Part shown: positions 1 through 9,483 of the stretch, one piece after another
How the letters are laid out: the number at the start of each line of letters is the position of its first letter
Position numbering within the stretch: position 1 is the first letter of the stretch
NCBI GenBank assembly: GCA_047639315.1
Contig: JBLINQ010000001.1
Location: 20,010 to 84,009 of the forward strand
Length of the DNA stretch: 64,000 bases
Source of the DNA: Planctomycetota bacterium
GTDB lineage: Bacteria; Planctomycetota; GCA-002687715; DRQF01
Direction: 5' to 3'
Translations under genes and position numbers: made by a program
Notes under the pieces: model-generated
What the model was told of the DNA's origin: nothing
What the model saw: only the letters and a program-made list of their open reading frames with translations
Database searches by the model: none

Positions 1-480
1 TTCAGGGAAAGGAGAACATCCCTCTGAGACAAGGATGACGGCAAAGAAGACAGCAAAAGCAATCTGCAATAAGAACTTGAGTCCTCGCGACATGCCGCCA
101 TCACTTGATCCATGCTTCACCTTCAAAAGATCATCGAGGGCCCCGATGCCTCCGAACCACAAGGTGGTCAAAAGCAACAGGCCAGTGGTGCCGCTGGATA
201 GATTGCAGAACATGAGCCCGCCAGCAGCAATGGCACCCACAATGAGGATGCCACCCATGGTTGGTGTCCCGGTTTTGCTCTTGGCAAAAAAAGCGTCGTA
301 GTTGCGAACCCGATCTCTCACGCCAGCTCGATAGAGGCGCGCTGCGGTTGTTCGACCAGCAAAAAAGACAAACAGGAATGACACAATGAATGCGCCAACA
401 CACAAGAGTAGGACCGGTGTGCCACCTAAGTGCCACCGCCCCATGTCCGAAAACATCTGGTCACAAATCCAAGGAATCAT
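1..480 (-). CDS. mraY: Phospho-N-acetylmuramoyl-pentapeptide transferase MraY, N-terminal ~160 aa. It is truncated at the window edge and absent from the ORF table because it has no in-window stop.
   Basis: I translated the reverse strand myself. The frame is open from the ATG at 480..478 to position 1 and reads MIPWICDQMFSDMGRWHLGGTPVLLLCVGAFIVSFLFVFFAGRTTAARLYRAGVRDRVRNYDAFFAKSKTGTPTMGGILIVGAIAAGGLMFCNLSSGTTGLLLLTTLWFGGIGALDDLLKVKHGSSDGGMSRGLKFLLQIAFAVFFAVILVSEGCSPFPE. The GTPTMGG and G.DD motifs are hallmarks of MraY. The ATG overlaps the TGA of the upstream fusion ORF (ATGA). Confidence 0.85.
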   Translation of the reverse strand, partial: MIPWICDQMFSDMGRWHLGGTPVLLLCVGAFIVSFLFVFFAGRTTAARLYRAGVRDRVRNYDAFFAKSKTGTPTMGGILIVGAIAAGGLMFCNLSSGTTGLLLLTTLWFGGIGALDDLLKVKHGSSDGGMSRGLKFLLQIAFAVFFAVILVSEGCSPFPE

Positions 481-3400
481 AAGGCATCATCCTGAATAGT
501 TGGAATGTCTCCTTGGAGACCAGAGCGAACCCGGCTCATTGTTTCCTTGAGCTCAAACGTAGGCGTAAAGGAATCGCAAGTAATAAGGATGTCGTCGAGT
601 CGTCGTCGAATAAGGTCGCGATCTTCGAGAATGCCACGCTTATAAAGGTCGTAGTAGGCACCAACAACAGCATGTCGAACTTGCCAGTTGGGGTGGTAGT
701 GCAAAGTCATGAGAATCTCGGCTGCTCGAGCATCCAGGGCCGCAGCTGTGAGGGCCTTCACGGCGGCCCGGGCGACTTCAAAATTCTTCTCAGTAACCAT
801 GCTCTTGAGGCGCCATTGTACCAGTCGCCTGACCGCCGGCGTTAGCTCTTTGGAGTAGGCTGCGATCGCGTCACAGGCAGCGGCTCTCACTTCAAAATAG
901 GAGTCACCCAAACCCGTCAACAGAGCGCGCTCGACATCAAGGTCAAGGGATTCAATTTGACGCAAACTGTGAATGGCATTTCTTCGAACGAAGCCTGGAT
1001 GCTCAAAGTCACCACCTAACATGCGATGAAGCAGTGGCGCTGGCGTCCTTGACTGAACGATCTTGACCAGATTGTATTTGAGTGAACGAATCTTGAGGAT
1101 GCCAACGAGTTTGACGCCGATGTTTCTTTGCTTCCAGTTTTCCTTGCCAAGGAAATCACGCACACGACCAGTCAAGTTTGCGTCACGCACACTGTCCGGT
1201 TGACTCAACGCAACTTTAAGAAGTTGTTCAGGACGCAAGCAGTAAACATTGAGTGGTGTCTTCTTTTGATCGCTTGGTGGGGCTTGTGGAATCTGCCGGC
1301 GCAAGCGTGCCAAGACGTCGTCCATCTCCGGTGATTTCAGAGCCCACGCCAGAACCAGATAGGATACACATCCAGTCGTCGCAGGGAGTGAGAAGACAAA
1401 CAGTCGAGAAAGGAAGGTCGGCAGAGCATCAAAGCCCTGAACTGTTTGAAGGGTAAGGAACGAGATGAAGGCAGCGCCCAGCGAAGCAATGATGGCGCGT
1501 TTTCCAGAAGGCAGAATGTCTTCGAATTCGAAACCACCGCCATCGGCCATCATATTCCGTCTCATATGCCAAACGCGAAACGCGCCGTTGGCCAAGAAGG
1601 CGATGGAGGTGCCAAGAGCAACTCCTGCGATTGACATTCCCATCAAGACAAAGCTAATTGAAAGAGTGATGTTCAATACGATGGCGCACAAGTTGATGAC
1701 GACTGCTTGCCCCAACTCAAGTCGCGCGGCGTAGAATCGACCCATCAGCCCTTGCAGCCCCCAACCAACCAATCCGACGGCGTAACAGGAAAGGGCGGTG
1801 GCGACAGCGATTGAGTCTTTCGATTGAAAGACGCCATAGTTCAGCAAAAGATCGACGGTCGGACGAGCCAAAACAATCATCAATGCAGAGGTCGGCAACA
1901 AGAGGAAGAGATTCCAGTTTACGCCTGTTGTCACGATGCGGCGGCACGCGGCCTGGTCGCGAGTCGCGAAGTTCTCGGCGTACTCTTTGAGTGCCACGGT
2001 GTTGATCGATTGTGAAATCAAAGCAAACGGCAACTGAAACAAGAGCAAGCCATAGTATAAGGCGGAAACGCTGCCCGTCGCCAACATGGAGACGATGGCC
2101 AAGTCTACAACAGATCCGATCTTCGTGATTGTTACGTCGGCGACGATCTTTGGTGCCGTCGAGCGGACCTTGCGCATGCCCGGCTCGTTGACGTTTAGGG
2201 CCGGTGCGAAACTCAAACCCGTTCGCCGGCGAAAGCTCTTTGATAAAAGGGGTGGCAGATGCATGAGCACTTGACCGAAGCCACCCAAGATGAGCCCAAC
2301 ACCCATGCCGACTATGCCAAGTGTCGGGTAGAGAAGGGCGCCACACATGATGCCAATGCTATACATAACCGACGCGTATGCAGGTGCCGAGAAGCGGCCG
2401 AAGGCTTTGAGGACAGCGCCAAAGACACTCGCGATTGTGATGAGTGTTAAGTAAGGCAACATCAAGCGCGTCAACTTGACGGCGTCGGGCAAGAACCCCT
2501 TTGCAGCGAAGCCAGGGACCATCACTGGCAACCAATATGGCACTGTAAATGCAGCCGCGACGACGAGCAATAAAGTGATGACTGTTGATGAGGTTAGGAC
2601 TGTACGGAAAAGCCGAATCGCTTCTTTCTTCCGACCCCCTTGATAGAGCATGACAAAGGTTGGCAAGAAAGCGCTGTCGACGGCGTTCTCGGCGAAAATT
2701 CGGCGGAAGAGATTGGACGCCGTGAGGCAAGCCACAATAATATCCATGACTCGCCCAGCGCCGAATGTCGACGCCAAAACAACCTCGCGACCTAGGCCAA
2801 AGATGCGCGACAAGAGTGTGCCGAACCCGGTGACCAAGACACTCGCGAGAACGCGTGAGTTTCTTGGGCTTTGCTCCCGTGTTTCGATGCGCGCCTGGAA
2901 GGTGTATTTGTTCGCACCAATCTCAAGGGCTTGCCCCGCCTGCAGGGGAGTCGATCGATCGATCACTTTGCCGTTGATCGCCACGCGCCCCTTACGGGGA
3001 AGAATGGAGTATGTGGTATTCTCTCGAGAGCTGCCACTGCGTCGCACGAGTGCGCGGTCTCCTTGGCCCCTGTCTCGCAAGCGGATGTCACTGCTGCCAG
3101 CATGGCCAATTGTCGTAACCGGAAAAAAGAGCTCTTCGGCTTCGCCGTCCTCCGCCGTTAATTCGCCAACAAGTACTTGTACGCTGGTCGACATGACTCG
3201 GCGTTTGTTGTGAGCTAAGCTCCGAACCAACGTGGCATTTTGCGGGCCGGCATTAGGGATCGCGAAATTGTGTGCCGATCGAGCCATGTCACTTAGCTTG
3301 ACTTCGTCGCGCAGGAGCTCGTTGATTTTTCTCGCCAACTGGTCGCCGTGTACGCGAGTGATCGGGCCTTCTTTAGCTTCGTAGATTTCTTCAAAGATCA

Positions 3401-4376
3401 CTTCAGCCGAACCATGCTCTTTCATGGTGAGGGCATTGACGAGTTGATGATTATCGACACCATCGCTTTTTGGAATCAGAAGGGCGGGCTTGCCGAGAGT
3501 GGCGAGTTCCATCAGGACGCCTGCGCCAGCACGAGCAACGACAAGGTCGCTGGCCGCATAGGCGTCTTCGATCTGGTCAAAGTAGCGGCGCAAGATGTAT
3601 CGATTTCGACTGGACTCTGCGACAGGAGCCGACTTCAGGCGATCGTTGGTGTCTCCCCAAGCATCGTAGTAGCCCGTAGCAGTAAGCCCGGTACTGTGAA
3701 TGACTGTCGTCTCTTCATTGTCCAAGAGTCGTGACAGACCCTCGACGGTTGCTCGATTGATCGAGCGGGCGCCCATGGAGCCACCAAGGATAAATGCCAC
3801 CTTGGCGTCTTTAGGAATACGAAGGCGGTCTCTTGCTGCCGCGGGATCACCGGCAGCAATTCTCTGACGAACGGGATAGCCGGTGAGCTCGGTTTTCTTA
3901 GCCGGAAACCACGGCAAGCTCTCTTCAAAGCTCACACCGATTTTGGTGGCAAATCGAGCCAGGAAGAGATTAGCTTTTCCTGGCCGCGCATTCTGTTCGT
4001 GCAAGAAAATGGGCCGCCGAAGAATTGCAGCGGCCAAAACGGTTGGCACCGAAACGTAACCACCGGTGGCAATGACAACGTGCGGTCGAAAGCGGATCAT
4101 TGTGATGAGGGATTGAACCAGGCCGACTGCCAAGCCAAAGATAAAACGAGCGAATGCACTTGGACGGCGTGGAGAGGAAAAGGGGCGCGATTCGATTCCC
4201 TTGAAGGCCAGTTTGGCCTTCTCAGCCAACTGTTTTTCGGGACCCCGATTGGTCCCCAAGTAAAGAATCCGGCAATCGGGCTCTTCGTCTTGAATCTCAC
4301 GGACAATGGCTAAGTTTGGGACCACGTGCCCACCGGTACCTCCACCGGAAAACAAATAGCGCCTGGGTTCCGACAA
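477..4376 (-). CDS. murG-murJ: Single 1299-aa ORF fusing MurG (UDP-GlcNAc:lipid I GlcNAc transferase, ~aa 1-380), an FHA-like domain (~aa 400-480), a MurJ/MviN lipid II flippase domain (~aa 500-1030) and a C-terminal HEAT/PBS-lyase-like repeat domain. It uses a TTG start.
   Basis: The N-terminus reads YLFSGGGTGGHVVP...HEQNARPG...AFILGGSMGAR...ASDLVVARAGAGVLMELATLGKPALLIP, which matches the MurG GT28 signature. The mid segment TTIGHAGSSDIRLRD...VAINGKVIDRSTPLQAGQALEIGANKYTF is FHA-like. The next segment reads VLVTGFGTLLSRIFGLGREVVLASTFGAGRVMD...NLFRRIFAENAVDSAFLPTF followed by many TM helices, which matches the MurJ N-terminal signature. The tail carries HEAT-like repeats (VRAAACDAIAAY, VARAAVKALTAAA, QVRHAVVGAYY). 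The ORF table shows one uninterrupted frame. Confidence 0.85.
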   Translation of the reverse strand: MSEPRRYLFSGGGTGGHVVPNLAIVREIQDEEPDCRILYLGTNRGPEKQLAEKAKLAFKGIESRPFSSPRRPSAFARFIFGLAVGLVQSLITMIRFRPHVVIATGGYVSVPTVLAAAILRRPIFLHEQNARPGKANLFLARFATKIGVSFEESLPWFPAKKTELTGYPVRQRIAAGDPAAARDRLRIPKDAKVAFILGGSMGARSINRATVEGLSRLLDNEETTVIHSTGLTATGYYDAWGDTNDRLKSAPVAESSRNRYILRRYFDQIEDAYAASDLVVARAGAGVLMELATLGKPALLIPKSDGVDNHQLVNALTMKEHGSAEVIFEEIYEAKEGPITRVHGDQLARKINELLRDEVKLSDMARSAHNFAIPNAGPQNATLVRSLAHNKRRVMSTSVQVLVGELTAEDGEAEELFFPVTTIGHAGSSDIRLRDRGQGDRALVRRSGSSRENTTYSILPRKGRVAINGKVIDRSTPLQAGQALEIGANKYTFQARIETREQSPRNSRVLASVLVTGFGTLLSRIFGLGREVVLASTFGAGRVMDIIVACLTASNLFRRIFAENAVDSAFLPTFVMLYQGGRKKEAIRLFRTVLTSSTVITLLLVVAAAFTVPYWLPVMVPGFAAKGFLPDAVKLTRLMLPYLTLITIASVFGAVLKAFGRFSAPAYASVMYSIGIMCGALLYPTLGIVGMGVGLILGGFGQVLMHLPPLLSKSFRRRTGLSFAPALNVNEPGMRKVRSTAPKIVADVTITKIGSVVDLAIVSMLATGSVSALYYGLLLFQLPFALISQSINTVALKEYAENFATRDQAACRRIVTTGVNWNLFLLLPTSALMIVLARPTVDLLLNYGVFQSKDSIAVATALSCYAVGLVGWGLQGLMGRFYAARLELGQAVVINLCAIVLNITLSISFVLMGMSIAGVALGTSIAFLANGAFRVWHMRRNMMADGGGFEFEDILPSGKRAIIASLGAAFISFLTLQTVQGFDALPTFLSRLFVFSLPATTGCVSYLVLAWALKSPEMDDVLARLRRQIPQAPPSDQKKTPLNVYCLRPEQLLKVALSQPDSVRDANLTGRVRDFLGKENWKQRNIGVKLVGILKIRSLKYNLVKIVQSRTPAPLLHRMLGGDFEHPGFVRRNAIHSLRQIESLDLDVERALLTGLGDSYFEVRAAACDAIAAYSKELTPAVRRLVQWRLKSMVTEKNFEVARAAVKALTAAALDARAAEILMTLHYHPNWQVRHAVVGAYYDLYKRGILEDRDLIRRRLDDILITCDSFTPTFELKETMSRVRSGLQGDIPTIQDDAL

Positions 4377-4899
4377 GGAACTCCCCCCGGGTTTTAATGC
4401 TCATAGATCGAACATCGACTCTCACTCCCGGCCCACAGCGTCCGAGGGAATTCGATGAATTCTAAGAGCTCCTCATGTTGGGTAGTTCTCTCCCTAGTTA
4501 ACTACCCCACATACAGAACTTTAGACCAAGGGGAGGGCATTGGGATGACCTCTTTGTGCTGCAGTGAGTTCGCATCTTTTGACTTTTTTAGACCCCGGAT
4601 TCGGGTGGCGGCCGTTTTCATTGATGGTTACCGAAATGGCTCACTCGCGCCGGGCCAATTCGGTCAACCAAAAATACGATTCAATGTTGCTGCGAGGGCC
4701 CGGCGTGATGACGCTGGGCCCTTTCTTTGTTTCGTCCTTTCCTCAAGCCTCCCGCCTTTGCAACGCCGGTCCAATGAATTACGATCTGGACCCCTGGGAA
4801 AGGGGTGTTGGCGCCAAATTGTGTGCCACGACTTAGTGATTGCCCCAACTGACGAGTGGGGCACAAGGTCCGGGAATTTAGCTAAATTGAGGGCATTGA

Positions 4900-6576
4900 A
4901 TGGCAGTCTCATATTCACTTCGCATATTCCTTGTGGGCATGTTCGCTGTCTTTTCGTTCCCGAATCGCGCATCAGCTCAATTTTCGAACCTTTATCAAGT
5001 GCAAGGACAGACCCAGAATGAGTCATTCGGCACTTCGATGAGCCGAGTCGGCGATGTGAATGGGGATGGGGTGTCAGATTTTATTGTTGGGTCTCCTTAT
5101 TTCGCCAACGGCCAGGGTGTCGTGGGCCGAGCCCAGGTGCTTTCTGGTATCGATGGAAACTTGCTCTACGCCAGGGTTGGGGCTGATGCCAACGCTCAAT
5201 TCGGCTACGCCGTGAGTGGTGTTGGCGACACAAATGGCGATGGCACGCCAGACTTTGCCGTTGGCGCCAGGTTCGCAAATGGCCTTGAGGCGTCATCTGG
5301 GCTTGTTCTTGTCTATTCTGGGGCCGATGGCGCGCAGCTCCTTTCTCTGCCTGGATCCAGCAGTTTTGATGGGTTTGGCTCTGCCATTGGCCGTGCGAGA
5401 GATGTCAATGGTGATGGTTTTGACGACATCATTGTCGGCGCACCGAAGTCTGACCTGGGGCTGCCGGATGGCGGTTGTATCGCGGTTCATTCTGGCTTCG
5501 ACGGCGCTCAGATTTATCTGTTGTTTGGCCAATCCGACGGGGCTGAATTCGGTTCATCTGTTGCTGGGATAGGCGACGCGAACGACGATGGTTTTGATGA
5601 TTTCCTTGTTGGTGCGCCTTTCTCTGAAATGAACGGAGTTCAGGTCGGGCAAGTACACCTTTTTTCCGGTGCGACTGGCGTTGTTGCGCGATCCATGAGC
5701 GGAGAAGCTTTTGGCGACCGCTTTGGCGCAACATTGGCAAATGCCGGGAATGTCGACCGCGACGGGTTTCATGACTTCGTTGTTGGCGCCAAAGGCAGCG
5801 ATTTGGGTGGGCTGAATGCGGGTCGTGTGCAGGTGTTTTCCGGATCGACAGGGCTCCTGCTTCATGATCTTGTAGGTGGTGCAATTGGTCAACTCATGGG
5901 CACGGCAGTTGATGGGGCGGGAGATGTCGATCGCGATGGTTTTGACGATATTATCGTTGGCGCCATTGGCGATGGGGCGAATGGCTCTCTTGCTGGCCTT
6001 GCAACGGTTCACAGTGGCCGCGATGGCGCTACGCTCGAGACGTTCTTGGGCACGGGACCCGGCGCGTTCCTGGGTCAGGCCGTTTGTGGCTTGGGGGACG
6101 TGAATGGCGACGGGTTCTTCGATGTTGCCATGGGTGCCCCTGGGGCTGACGTCCCTGCGGGAAATGCAGGGAGTATTCGTGTCCACGTTGCTCGAACCAC
6201 GCCCTTCTTTGTTTATGAGGACATGCCAGGCACGACGCGACTTTATTTGGAATGGACTCCAAACGGCGGTGATCCCAATTCCCTATTGGGAACCATGAGT
6301 TGTAGTGAAGCCACTCCAGGTGGCCTTGGTCAATATGCTGTCAGCCTTTCGCCAGCCAGTTTCCTTGTGTTCGGAACGCCCGTCTTAATTGCCAATGACG
6401 CCCTCAACTTGATCGACTCTGGGACCCTTGGCTTCGGCTTTTCGGGCGAAATCGCCGTGCCCAATATTAGTCGGGTAGCGCCCCAATTGGCCGGACTTTT
6501 TGTATTCGTTCAATTCTTTGAAAGAATGCCGTTTGCGTCCAGCTCCAACGGGGTAGCGCTTCTTTTGACGCCCTAA
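4900..6576 (+). CDS. Secreted FG-GAP/VCBS repeat beta-propeller protein (integrin-alpha-like repeats), paralog 1.
   Basis: There is an N-terminal signal peptide (MAVSYSLRIFLVGMFAVFSFPNRASAQ). Repeats such as GDVNGDGVSDFIVGSP, GDTNGDGTPDFAVGA and GDVDRDGFDDIIVGA recur seven or more times. The C-terminus carries the conserved motif VFVQFFERMPFASSSNGVALLL shared with the next two genes. Confidence 0.85.
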   Translation: MAVSYSLRIFLVGMFAVFSFPNRASAQFSNLYQVQGQTQNESFGTSMSRVGDVNGDGVSDFIVGSPYFANGQGVVGRAQVLSGIDGNLLYARVGADANAQFGYAVSGVGDTNGDGTPDFAVGARFANGLEASSGLVLVYSGADGAQLLSLPGSSSFDGFGSAIGRARDVNGDGFDDIIVGAPKSDLGLPDGGCIAVHSGFDGAQIYLLFGQSDGAEFGSSVAGIGDANDDGFDDFLVGAPFSEMNGVQVGQVHLFSGATGVVARSMSGEAFGDRFGATLANAGNVDRDGFHDFVVGAKGSDLGGLNAGRVQVFSGSTGLLLHDLVGGAIGQLMGTAVDGAGDVDRDGFDDIIVGAIGDGANGSLAGLATVHSGRDGATLETFLGTGPGAFLGQAVCGLGDVNGDGFFDVAMGAPGADVPAGNAGSIRVHVARTTPFFVYEDMPGTTRLYLEWTPNGGDPNSLLGTMSCSEATPGGLGQYAVSLSPASFLVFGTPVLIANDALNLIDSGTLGFGFSGEIAVPNISRVAPQLAGLFVFVQFFERMPFASSSNGVALLLTP

Positions 6577-7068
6577 CAACGACACCATTTGCCGCCCGGA
6601 ATGGGCAATAGTCGCTCAGATCCAATAGACTCCACTGGCGCCCGTATTATCGGGTGAATCCCCTACGGGTTCATGGTGATTTTTCTTGCCAAGGGCCCGC
6701 AAGATCCGCGACAGCCGGGAAATTACCCAAATCCGATCGCCATAAGTCTATGACTTGTCGGATATTTATCCTGATTTACCCGCATAATCACCCACGCGAA
6801 AAAAACCCGCAAAACCATAAGCCATACAAACGCTATATCTTAGGAGAAATTATTAACACCCAGGGCGATTTGGGCCCATAAGCCGCCCGGAAAAGGCTAT
6901 GGCAATTAATCCGGATCCCCTACAATTCCCGGTGTTCAGGCAGCGCGGATGCAATTAACATTTGGCTGCTTGTCGAGACGCCGCTTGTCCCTCGCACCGG
7001 GAGGCAGATCTCGAATACGACGTTAGACGTCGAACCTGACAACCAACAGACTGATTGGAGTCTATTCT

Positions 7069-9024
7069 ATGATGATAAATAAGTTACCCATCTGCTTGAT
7101 GCTCGTTGCTGCAAGCATGGCAATTGCGCCAATCGCTTCAGTAGGCGCACAAACAATGGTGCCCGTGCCCGCCCAAGAAGGCAGCGATATTATCTCTAAG
7201 GGAGGTAGTGCTCCTGCCACGACTAATCCAGGAAGTGCTTATGGGAGCGCAATCTGCAATGCTGGCGATTTCGACGGCGACGGGGTCAATGACCTTGTTG
7301 TTGGTTCCCGCGGCGAAGACACAGGCGCAACGGATGCCGGCATGATCGAATTGATCTCCGGTGCTGATCAGTCCGTCCTGTTTAGTTTTATGGGTACCAA
7401 CGCATTCGATCAATTTGGCTACTCAGTCCATTGCGCAGGCGACCTCAACGGTGACGGATTTGCTGATGTCATCATCGGTGCTCCTTTCGCTGATCCAGGC
7501 AACCCTAACGCAGGCCAAATCGTTGTCATTAATGGCGGCGACGGTGGTGTGACGGTTCAAGAAGGCGAGCTCTATCGGGTTAACGGTCCTGAAGCTTTTG
7601 CGCTCTTCGGCGAAAAAGTACGTCGTATCGGCGATGTCAATGGCGATACAATCGGCGACCTCTTGGTCAGCGCCCGAGGCTTCAATGGTGGCCGCGGTGC
7701 GGTTCACCTTCTTAGTGGCGCCGACGGTGCCGAACTTCGTGTCATCGAAGGTGAAAATGTCGGTGATTTCTTTGGCGCATCCATCGCAAGTATCCCTGAT
7801 CTTACCGGTGATGGCATCGATGACATTCTTGTTGGTGCAATCGGCGACGATGATGGTGGCAATAGCAGAGGCAGCTTGACAGTCCTTGATTCCGATCTAA
7901 TCGGGTCTGCTGCGACAGCAAGTGTCCTTTCTTCAGCTGTCACTTTTGCCAAGATCAACGGCACTGCTGACTTTGAACAATACGGAACAAACGTCAGCTG
8001 CGCTGGTGATTACAACAACGACGGCGTCTTCGACATCGTTGTTGGTAACCCTTCAGCATCGGATGTTGGTAAAGCATTTTGTGGGGAAGTCAAAGTCCTC
8101 AGTGGACGCGACATCGACACGACCGTCACCGAACTCTTTGCACTCAAAGGCATCTCTGCTAACGATCAATTCGGAATCGCAGTGAGTGATGCTGGAGATG
8201 TTAACGGCGACGGCTTCGACGACATTCTCGCTGGAACTTACAAAACCACTGGAGCCTTTAATGCTGGTTCAGGTGCCGCAAATGTTATCTTTGGGAGCCC
8301 TATGGGCGCACTTGGAACACAAACCTTGCAGGGCACATCAGACTTCGACTTCTACGGTTCAGCGCTGACTTCCATGGGTGACCTGGACGGCGATGGTTTT
8401 TCAGACTTCGCTGTTGGCGCCTACGCTGATCACACAACAAATGGTGATGACACTGGTTCGGTTAGAATGTACAAAGCATTCAACTCTGGTGGAATGAATC
8501 CAACTCTGCCTTTCCCAGTTCGCGTCTATCACTCCGAGAATCGCCGCGATCTTGAGACCATCCAAATGCGATGGGAGGCTGATACCACAGCACAGTCGAC
8601 ACCTAATCCTGATCCATATGCGACCACGGGAAAAATCTTCATTAAGACTCCTGAGCTCCAGGTCGGTCCAGCTGCTGTTGGTCCACAGTTCGTGTACTTT
8701 GTTTCCAGCACGCCGGTTGATTTTGTTCAACCAGCCATGGGAATGTTCCCAGAACTGCTGCTTTTGATTTCGAATGATCCAACCCACATCATTCAAGACC
8801 GGACAGACTTCAATGACCCGTTGAATCAGTTCTTCTTTAACCCGTTGGGCGAAGTGAGGTTCAACTTTGACCGTGAAAACGCTCAAGGCAACATTGCTCC
8901 TATTCTGCCAAGTAATGGCTTGTTGGCTGGTCTAACGGTCTACTTCCAGATCTTCCAGCTTCCTGATCCTGTGAAGATGTACCCATTCCGCTGGTCAAAC
9001 GGTATCGCCATGACTCTTGAGTAA
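7069..9024 (+). CDS. Secreted FG-GAP/VCBS repeat beta-propeller protein, paralog 2.
   Basis: It has a signal peptide and repeated FG-GAP motifs (GDFDGDGVNDLVVGS, GDLNGDGFADVIIGAP, GDVNGDGFDDILAG). The C-terminal motif is VYFQIFQLPDPVKMYPFRWSNGIAMTL. The stop was checked at 9022-9024. Confidence 0.85.
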   Translation: MMINKLPICLMLVAASMAIAPIASVGAQTMVPVPAQEGSDIISKGGSAPATTNPGSAYGSAICNAGDFDGDGVNDLVVGSRGEDTGATDAGMIELISGADQSVLFSFMGTNAFDQFGYSVHCAGDLNGDGFADVIIGAPFADPGNPNAGQIVVINGGDGGVTVQEGELYRVNGPEAFALFGEKVRRIGDVNGDTIGDLLVSARGFNGGRGAVHLLSGADGAELRVIEGENVGDFFGASIASIPDLTGDGIDDILVGAIGDDDGGNSRGSLTVLDSDLIGSAATASVLSSAVTFAKINGTADFEQYGTNVSCAGDYNNDGVFDIVVGNPSASDVGKAFCGEVKVLSGRDIDTTVTELFALKGISANDQFGIAVSDAGDVNGDGFDDILAGTYKTTGAFNAGSGAANVIFGSPMGALGTQTLQGTSDFDFYGSALTSMGDLDGDGFSDFAVGAYADHTTNGDDTGSVRMYKAFNSGGMNPTLPFPVRVYHSENRRDLETIQMRWEADTTAQSTPNPDPYATTGKIFIKTPELQVGPAAVGPQFVYFVSSTPVDFVQPAMGMFPELLLLISNDPTHIIQDRTDFNDPLNQFFFNPLGEVRFNFDRENAQGNIAPILPSNGLLAGLTVYFQIFQLPDPVKMYPFRWSNGIAMTLE

Positions 9025-9060
9025 TCCCAAGTCATAGTCGATCAGTCCTAATCACGAAAA

Positions 9061-9093
9061 GCCCTCTTGCGAAAGCGAGAGGGCTTTTTTTTG
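9061..9093 (+). terminator. Rho-independent terminator after FG-GAP paralog 2.
   Basis: The stem AGCCCTCT/AGAGGGCT has a 10-nt loop and is followed by a run of 8 T, about 37 nt after the stop codon. Confidence 0.7.
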
Positions 9094-9483
9094 GCCTCTT
9101 TGCCGCCGCGCAGTGGGCCAGCAAAGCCAAATACTCGACTAAAATGCACCATGAGCAGGTCCCACCGAGTTCGGCCCATGAGATTAAAATCGAGTCGTCG
9201 TAGAATCTAAACCCGACCACGAGAGTACCCGGATCTCGCAAGGCAACGCACTTCCCCAAGTTGCGTCAAACCCACCCCCCAGGTCTCGTCAAGTCACTTT
9301 TTGGGTGTTCAAAAAAAACTTCAGGGCGCCGGCTCGATTCCCTACTGTTCGCCTGTTCGAGCAGCGAAGTGCCTCCCACAGAATCGCTGCAAGAAATCAA
9401 AGTCGGCTTCGATTGTGAGAAGCAGGCAGCGGTATCGCTCAGCGATCAATGTGAAGTCGAATGAAAACGAACGGAGCCCACCT

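Noticed and set aside
513-3213. Multiple plus-strand ORFs (513..845, 1253..1456, 2650..3213 and others) overlapping the MurG-MurJ fusion.
   Set aside because: The minus-strand frame carries unmistakable MurG and MurJ signatures along its whole length. The plus-strand ORFs are shadows.
5554-6186. 210-aa antisense ORF inside FG-GAP paralog 1, and similar antisense ORFs 7138..7413, 7423..7707, 9789..10049.
   Set aside because: These are artefacts of the repetitive GC-rich FG-GAP coding sequence. They lie on the opposite strand of strongly supported genes and have low-complexity Arg/Pro/His-rich translations.
9301-9483. ORF-table start of FG-GAP paralog 3 at 9301, adding 61 aa.
   Set aside because: The added residues are basic, low-complexity and non-secretory. 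The ATG at 9484 is followed by a textbook signal peptide and preceded by GGAG.
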